Part shown: piece after piece, positions 58,111-64,000 of the stretch | Numbering within the stretch: the stretch's first letter is position 1 | Layout of the letters: each line of letters begins with the position of its first letter | Assembly: GCA_963755125.1 (NCBI GenBank) | Contig: CAVWIP010000008.1 | Span: 224,001-288,000 of the forward strand | DNA from: an uncultured delta proteobacterium | GTDB lineage: Bacteria; Myxococcota_A; Polyangia; Fen-1088 | Length of the DNA: 64,000 nucleotides | Direction of reading: 5' to 3' | Notes under the pieces: generated by a model | Told to the model about the DNA's origin: nothing | What the model saw: the letters and a program-made list of their open reading frames with translations, nothing else | The model's database searches: none | Translations under genes and position numbers: made by a program

Positions 58111-59498
58111 GTCAGCCCTTCTGGGCCCTGATCGTCGACGACGAGGATCTCTACGCCCAAGCCATCGGGCGCGAGATCGGGCGTCAGGGCATCTGTTGCG
58201 ATCTCGCCTACACCTGCCGCGAGGCGCTCGAATTCGCTGCCATTCGGCAGTATGGCGTGATCCTGCTCGATCATCGCCTGCCGGATGACGATGGCATTCG
58301 CATCATCCCGCAACTCCTCATGCGGCAACCTGACGCCGCGCTGGTCATGATGACGGCTTACCAGACCATCCCCAACGCCGTGCGCGCGATCCGTCACGGC
58401 GCCGAGGACTACATCGTCAAGGAGGCCAGCGTCGCTCCGATCCTCGAACGCGTTCTCGAGCTGCGCCGGCGCGCCCAACTGCGCGAGGAGGCGCACGGCA
58501 TCGCCGAGGCGGAGTGTCGGGGACTGCTCGGTCGATCGAGCGCGATGCGCCTGGTGATCGACGAGCTGAGCAAGGTGGCCGCGGCCAAGGACACGACGCT
58601 GCTGCTCACCGGAGAAACCGGCGTCGGCAAAGAAGTGGCGTGTCGTTTCGTTCATTCCCTGTCGCGTCCTGCGGCCTCGCCGCTGGTCGTGGTCGACTGT
58701 CTCGCCTTGCCCGAGAATCTGGTGGAGAGTCTGCTTTTCGGGCATGAGCGCGGCGCCTTCACCGGCGCCCAGGAGTTACGCACCGGCGCCTTCGAGGAAG
58801 CCCGCGACGGCACGGTTTTTCTCGACGAGATCGGCGACATGGAGCTGGGTCAGGGAAAGCTACTGCGCGTGCTCGAGAGCCGCAGCTTTCGCCGTTTGGG
58901 ATCGAGTCGCGAGATTCCGCTCAAGGCCCGCGTGGTCGCTGCCACCAACCAGGATCTGCCCGCCCTGGTGCAGGCGGGCCGCTTTCGCCAGGATCTCTTC
59001 CAACGGCTCGCGGTCTTCCCCATCCGCATCCCGCCCTTGCGCGAACGCGGGGACGACATCCTGCTCTTGGCGGAACACTTCCGCACTCTCTTTGCTGAGC
59101 GTTTGAACAAGCCCACCGAGCCATTTTCCACGGAGGTCAGCCAAGCCCTGTTGGGCTACGCCTACCCGGGCAACGTGCGTGAGTTGAAGAACATCATCGA
59201 GCGCGCCGTCATCTTGACGGAATCGCCGCGCATCGAGCTTAGGCACTTGCCCCAGCGCGTGCTCTCGCTCGGCCGCAAGGGATCGTTGCCCCCCACCCAA
59301 CCGATCGAGGTGGTGCCAGGCGTGGATTCGCTGGTCGACGTCGAGGCGCGCATGATCCGTCAGGCGATGAGCCGCGCCGGCAATGTCCGCACAGAGGCAG
59401 CCAAGCTCCTGGGCATCAGTCGTTTTCAGCTGCTGCGGCGTATGCGGAAATTTGGCATGAGCACTCAGTCTGAGAAAAGTTTCCCCAGGAACTCATGA
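58107..59498 (+). CDS. Sigma54-dependent response regulator (NtrC family: REC-AAA+-Fis HTH)
   Basis: LIVDDE, LLDHRLPD, GETGVGKE, GAFTGA, FLDEIG, YPGNVREL, AAKLLGISR; ATGA overlap with the kinase. Confidence 0.95.
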   Translation: MSQPFWALIVDDEDLYAQAIGREIGRQGICCDLAYTCREALEFAAIRQYGVILLDHRLPDDDGIRIIPQLLMRQPDAALVMMTAYQTIPNAVRAIRHGAEDYIVKEASVAPILERVLELRRRAQLREEAHGIAEAECRGLLGRSSAMRLVIDELSKVAAAKDTTLLLTGETGVGKEVACRFVHSLSRPAASPLVVVDCLALPENLVESLLFGHERGAFTGAQELRTGAFEEARDGTVFLDEIGDMELGQGKLLRVLESRSFRRLGSSREIPLKARVVAATNQDLPALVQAGRFRQDLFQRLAVFPIRIPPLRERGDDILLLAEHFRTLFAERLNKPTEPFSTEVSQALLGYAYPGNVRELKNIIERAVILTESPRIELRHLPQRVLSLGRKGSLPPTQPIEVVPGVDSLVDVEARMIRQAMSRAGNVRTEAAKLLGISRFQLLRRMRKFGMSTQSEKSFPRNS

Positions 59499-59516
59499 GA
59501 GAGGTTTGAGCAGGCC

Positions 59517-60707
59517 ATGACCATGAAGCGTGATCGCGCCCACCAGTCGGCCACCCTCCGCTCGCGCACAGCCGCAAGCCGCGCAAAAGGCGACTCCCCC
59601 AGAGGTGAGCCCGATGCGATTCCATGGAAGAAATTCAGCGGGCGCATCAGTTACTCGTCGTGCAACGAAGACTCCCGCAGCGAGCTCAAAGCCCTGCGCA
59701 TCGGCCCCGGTAAACGCGTGTTCTGCATCACCGCCGGCGGAGGACGCGTGCTCAACCTGCTTCACGATCGTCCCCAGGAGATTCTGGCGGTCGACGTGAA
59801 CCCGACGCAGAATCATTTGCTCGAGTTGAAGATCGCGGCCATGTGCGCGCTCAGTTACGAGCCCTACCTCGCGTTCTTGGGGGTGAGGCGCGCGCGCGAT
59901 CGACTGAAGGTCTACCAAGACTTGCGGCCCGCTCTCTCCGGCGCGGCGGGAGACTACTTTGATGCGCACCCGGAACTGGTGCGGCGTGGTGTGCTCTTCC
60001 AGGGGAGCCTCGAGCGCTTTCTGGTACACGTCTCGCGCATCTCGCACGCGGTGCGCCCAATTTGGATCAGGCGGCTGTTCAAGTTCGACGATATGGCAAA
60101 ACAGCGCCACTTCCTCGACGGGTGGAACACGCGCGCATGGCGTTTTGTCGGCGAAATGCTGTGCCGCCGCTCCTTCCTCGAGCTGTTCTCGCGCGATCCG
60201 GGTTTCTGGCGTTTCGTGCCGCCCGAGGTTCCCTTGCACCGGCGCATCTTCGATCTCATGCACCGGTACCTGTGCAACCACCTCGCGCGTGACAGTCACC
60301 TTCTTCAGCTGGTCTTCTTTGCGCGCTACATCTACGAGCCCGCGATGCCCATCTATCTTCTGCCAGGCTCGTATGAGCGCATCCGCGAGGCCCTCAAGAC
60401 CACGCAGGTCACCATCGTGACAGCGCCGGCCTCCGCCGCTCTTGCCGATGTCGCCGACCGCAGCCTGGACGCCTACTCGATCGCCGACGTATCCTCGTAT
60501 CTCAGCGAGACTGATTTCGGCACCTTCATGGACCAAATCATGCGAACCGCTCGCGCCGAGGCGCGGCTGTGCTCGCGCGGCATCTTCGTGCATCGGCCGC
60601 TGCCCCCCGACCACGCTCGTCGCGTACGGCGCGACCACAACCTCGAACGGAAGCTGTCCTTCGACGACGTTGCGATGGTGCACGAGTTCCTGGTGGGCAC
60701 GCTGTAG
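59517..60707 (+). CDS. DUF3419 / BtaA-like SAM-dependent transferase
   Basis: YSSCNEDSRSELKAL, CITAGGGRVL, AVDVNPTQNHLLELKIAA. Confidence 0.8.
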   Translation: MTMKRDRAHQSATLRSRTAASRAKGDSPRGEPDAIPWKKFSGRISYSSCNEDSRSELKALRIGPGKRVFCITAGGGRVLNLLHDRPQEILAVDVNPTQNHLLELKIAAMCALSYEPYLAFLGVRRARDRLKVYQDLRPALSGAAGDYFDAHPELVRRGVLFQGSLERFLVHVSRISHAVRPIWIRRLFKFDDMAKQRHFLDGWNTRAWRFVGEMLCRRSFLELFSRDPGFWRFVPPEVPLHRRIFDLMHRYLCNHLARDSHLLQLVFFARYIYEPAMPIYLLPGSYERIREALKTTQVTIVTAPASAALADVADRSLDAYSIADVSSYLSETDFGTFMDQIMRTARAEARLCSRGIFVHRPLPPDHARRVRRDHNLERKLSFDDVAMVHEFLVGTL

Positions 60708-60773
60708 ACCGAAGGCCCCGTCCGACCTTCGACGTGGCGCCGGTCTCGTGAGGGGCAGCGCGTCCCGATCCGC

Positions 60774-61430
60774 TCACTGGCAGAAGGGGGGGTTCTTGTC
60801 GGTGCAGGTGTCGGTCGAGGCAGGCGTGTTGGTGCAAGGCAGGTCGTTGGACTGATTGCAATTCGAGGGACAGCTCTGGCAACAGATAGCCTGGCCGCCA
60901 ATGAGGGAGCCGTCGCAAGCGTTGGTGACAATCCCGCCGCACTGATCGCAGGGGCCCGCAATGCAAGCCAAGCCGGCGTGGCAAAATCCGGACATTGCAC
61001 TGCCGCAATCCGCAGTCTGGTACTGGGTCTGCGTGCCACACTGCTGTTTGCGTGCGCTGGTATCGGCGCAGCCGGCGCAATCCACGGAGCTGTTGTTCTG
61101 CGACCCGTGCCCGGCGTGCGAACAGCGGCCGCAATAACGCCCGCAGGAATAGACCGTATCGTTGCCAGCCCCCGCCGAGTCATTGTGATCCGCCGAACCC
61201 TCATCCCCCGCCCAGTGCAGCAGCTCGTGCAGCATGATGTTGCACTGACCGTTGGCATCGAGGCTGTCCCACTGTGCTGGGTTGATATTCATCTCGGAGT
61301 TGCTAAACTACGGCGAGCCCCAACCCTGGGTCGTGGCGATGACTCCGCTGCAGCCGCCGCCGCAACCGATGTCGAGCGGCATCTTTGAGTCGCCGAGGGT
61401 TGCCGCCATGGAATCCACGGCGTTTCCTGA
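60774..61430 (-). pseudogene. Degraded Cys-rich HExxH protein (in-frame TAG at 61308-61310, 5' part missing)
   Basis: IMLHELLHWAG plus many Cys; upstream in-frame DIGCGGGCSG..GWGSP*FSNSEM. Confidence 0.5.
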
Positions 61431-61621
61431 CAGCCGTTCCTACGACACGATGCTTCCGGCGTCCGCGATGTGCGCCATGCGTTAATCCGGTCGCGCTGCG
61501 CTGACTGAATTCTTTAAGGTCTGCGGCCAGTTAAGTCCACACGACCGACAGCCGCCCGAAATGTTTTTAATCGTTATAAATAGTAGTCAAGATTACTCTC
61601 TATGAGACGATATACTAGAGT

Positions 61622-62278
61622 ATGAGACTGCGTCTTGCCCCGACTCTGGCCGCCGCGCTGCTGCTTGGCGCGGCACTGCCGGCCTGGGCCTGGGAAGACT
61701 ACGAGCAAGGCGAGAACGTTCCGATTGTCACGGTGCCCGCTGCGCCTCCCTCGCCCAATCGCCTGCCCATCTTTGGCCTGATGGCCGACGTGGGCGTACC
61801 GGATGGCCTGATCGGCTCGCTCGCGATCCGGCCGTTGACCTGGGTGCGCGTTTCAGCGGGAGGCGGGACCAACGGCATCAGCCGCGGCTGGCGCACCGGC
61901 ATCACCCTGCTGCCCTTTGCCGCCGGCCCATCGGCCAGTTTCGAATATGGCATCTATCAGAGCGGCGACGCCAACCCGCTGGCCGAGAAGGTCATCGGTG
62001 GCGGTTTCAATGGCAGCCCGCTGCTGGACCGGGTCGGCTACCAGTACATGAACGCGCACTTGGGCCTGGACTTCGGTTCGCGCCGGGTCGTCTTCTTCCT
62101 GCACGGAGGCGTCACCGTGGTCCGTGGCCAGGTCCACAACGTCGATGCCGCGATCCAGAACAGCACCGCGCAGAACAGCGACGCCACCGGCACAACCGAG
62201 GTGGTCGTGCGGCAGGATCCATCCGTCAAGGCGGTTGGCTCGTCGGTGAAACTGGGACTCATCGTCTACATCTGGTGA
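61622..62278 (+). CDS. Secreted small beta-barrel protein
   Basis: Signal peptide, amphipathic strands, ends KLGLIVYIW. Confidence 0.6.
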   Translation: MRLRLAPTLAAALLLGAALPAWAWEDYEQGENVPIVTVPAAPPSPNRLPIFGLMADVGVPDGLIGSLAIRPLTWVRVSAGGGTNGISRGWRTGITLLPFAAGPSASFEYGIYQSGDANPLAEKVIGGGFNGSPLLDRVGYQYMNAHLGLDFGSRRVVFFLHGGVTVVRGQVHNVDAAIQNSTAQNSDATGTTEVVVRQDPSVKAVGSSVKLGLIVYIW

Positions 62279-62288
62279 GGCGCTGACA

Positions 62289-62822
62289 ATGACACTCCGA
62301 CTCTTTTCCATCGTCCCCGCGCTGGTCACCCTGACCGCTGCCTGCACGTTTTCCATCGAAGCCAAGGTGCCGGACGTCGAGGTCACCCAGCACGGGCTGA
62401 ACATGCAGGGCGTGCCGCAGGCCAACCTGATCGGTGACGTCTCGGTAACGAGTTCATTCACGCTCTCGTCGTCCAACACCGCGTGGGCCAAGCGCATGAA
62501 TTCCCAAGTCTTCGTCAACCAAGTGACGGTGCTTGCCGGCGACGGTCTGGCCAACCTCGACTTTGTCACCGCCGCTCGTTTGACCATGGCCGACCCCACC
62601 AGCTCGGAAGGAACCACCGAGATCGCCAGCTACGAGCGGAGCGCCGGCGCACCGTCCAGCTCGGTCATCGAAGCCAGCATGCCCACACCCATCGAGGTCA
62701 CGCGTATCTGGTCCGCCGACAACACGGTCATCGAACTGGACATGTCCGGACAACTGCCTGAGCAGGACTGGACCGTCGACGTGACCCTGAAGATGGCCGG
62801 CACGATCAGCTACAAGTTCTAG
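62289..62822 (+). CDS. Lipoprotein of unknown function
   Basis: Lipobox LTAAC. Confidence 0.65.
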   Translation: MTLRLFSIVPALVTLTAACTFSIEAKVPDVEVTQHGLNMQGVPQANLIGDVSVTSSFTLSSSNTAWAKRMNSQVFVNQVTVLAGDGLANLDFVTAARLTMADPTSSEGTTEIASYERSAGAPSSSVIEASMPTPIEVTRIWSADNTVIELDMSGQLPEQDWTVDVTLKMAGTISYKF

Positions 62823-62931
62823 CGGCGACGACCACGGTTCATCTCTTTGCCGTCGGCGCATGGGGCTTGCGTGGCCGCGCCGGGCGATGCAGGCTGGTGC
62901 CCCTCGACAAAGGCTATCCACGGAGGCTCTC

Positions 62932-63801
62932 ATGATCGGCATCATCGGAGGCACGGGACTTGGCGACACGCTGGGTACCGTCGGCAACGCCCAGACGCAT
63001 GACATCGACACACCCTTTGGCCAGCCATCAGCTCCCATTCTCACGACCGAGGTGAGTGGCATTCCGGTGGCCCTGCTCTCCCGTCACGGCGAGGGCCATC
63101 TGCTGAATCCTTCCGCCGTGCCCTACCGGGCGAACATCTTCGCCCTGAAAAAACTGGGCGTGACCCGCATCATCGCCAGCGGCGCGGTGGGCAGCCTGCG
63201 CGAGGAGATTGCGCCGCGCGATCTGGTGCTGCCCGACCAGACCATCGACCGCACTTACCGCCGGCTGGGCACCTTCTTCGAGGGACTGGCCGTGCATGTG
63301 GAGATGGCCGCGCCCTTCTGTCCCGCCTTGCGCTCGGCGCTCACCAGCGCGGCGGCCGCGGTGCCGGTCAAGGTCCACCTGCGCGGCACCTACGTGTGCA
63401 TGGAGGGCCCGCAGTTCTCCTCGCGCGCGGAAAGTGAGATGCACCGGAAGTGGGGCGGCGATCTCATCGGCATGACCCTCATGCCGGAGGCGAAGCTGGC
63501 TCGCGAGGCCGAGATCTGCTACGCCGCGGTGGCGCTGTCTACCGACTATGACTGCTGGCGCGCGCACCGGACCGACGTGGATCAGATTCACCTGCTGGAG
63601 GAGATCATCGCCAACGTCCAGTCCGCCACCCAGAATGCCTTGGCCCTGATCAGCGCAGGGTTGCCTGCCATCGCGTCCCTGCCCAACAACGCGTGTGCTT
63701 GCCAGCAGGCTCTGAAGCTGGCTATCTGGAGCGACCGGCGCAGGATCCCGCGTGAGGTGCGCGATCGCTTGGCGCCGCTCACCGCGAAGTATCTGGACTA
63801 G
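62932..63801 (+). CDS. mtnP: S-methyl-5'-thioadenosine phosphorylase
   Basis: IGIIGGTG, RHGEGH, MEGPQFSSRAES, GMT..PEAKLARE, TDYDCW. Confidence 0.95.
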   Translation: MIGIIGGTGLGDTLGTVGNAQTHDIDTPFGQPSAPILTTEVSGIPVALLSRHGEGHLLNPSAVPYRANIFALKKLGVTRIIASGAVGSLREEIAPRDLVLPDQTIDRTYRRLGTFFEGLAVHVEMAAPFCPALRSALTSAAAAVPVKVHLRGTYVCMEGPQFSSRAESEMHRKWGGDLIGMTLMPEAKLAREAEICYAAVALSTDYDCWRAHRTDVDQIHLLEEIIANVQSATQNALALISAGLPAIASLPNNACACQQALKLAIWSDRRRIPREVRDRLAPLTAKYLD

Positions 63802-63803
63802 AG

Positions 63804-64000
63804 ATGAACGTCGCCGGGGTTCCCTATCGCACAATCCGTCTGCACGCCGACGGCTGCTCGGTCGAGGTCATCGACCAGACCGTGCTGCCACACGAGTTTC
63901 GCCTTGTGCGACTGCAAGGGCTGCAAGACGCGGTGAGAGCCATTGCCGACATGGTGGTGCGGGGCGCGCCTCTCATCGGCGCCACAGCGGCGTACGGCAT
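63804..64000 (+). CDS. mtnA: Methylthioribose-1-phosphate isomerase (runs off window end)
   Basis: Own translation: IDQTVLPHE..AIADMVVRGAPLIGATAAYG. Confidence 0.92.
   Translation, partial: MNVAGVPYRTIRLHADGCSVEVIDQTVLPHEFRLVRLQGLQDAVRAIADMVVRGAPLIGATAAYG

Noticed and set aside
1..64000. CRISPR array, tRNA, rRNA, integrase or transposase
   Set aside because: None recognised; the attC-like repeats are separated by whole genes, not spacers

Overview
High-GC bacterial window, most consistent with a Myxococcota (Polyangia-like) genome; the taxonomy is inferred from gene content. From left to right: (1) an ECF sigma / anti-sigma / secreted caspase-like module; (2) a carbohydrate-utilisation locus (outer-membrane barrel, frameshifted CBM4-GH9 lipoprotein cellulase, AmpG-like MFS, 1948-aa GH94+GH116 fusion) interrupted by a 5.2-kb island of integron-like cassettes with degenerate attC sites, no integrase and 68-bp inverted repeats at its ends; (3) a CpxPRA-like locus; (4) a phosphate region (porin, pstSCAB-phoU, PiT) with five Pho-box-like sites; (5) a nitrogen module (APC permease, Amt, Ser/Thr kinase, PP2C, porin, PII); (6) purH-purD-purE-tsaC; (7) a deletion-scarred ECF/FecR remnant; (8) a triterpenoid cluster at 49.0-60.7 kb; (9) mtnP-mtnA. 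The main candidate for a new system is (8). An archaeal-type HMG-CoA synthase/thiolase/DUF35 operon led by DUF116 converges on an operon in which a Cys-rich U32-family gene (relatives are O2-independent Fe-S hydroxylases) overlaps an oxidosqualene cyclase with the cycloartenol-synthase signature. Both operons share the same tandem enhancer palindrome and a sigma54-like promoter, next to a PAS kinase, a sigma54 activator and an orphan BtaA-like gene. No squalene epoxidase is in the window, which suggests a possible O2-independent route to sterols (a hypothesis only). All family calls are from motif recognition by eye; no searches were run.
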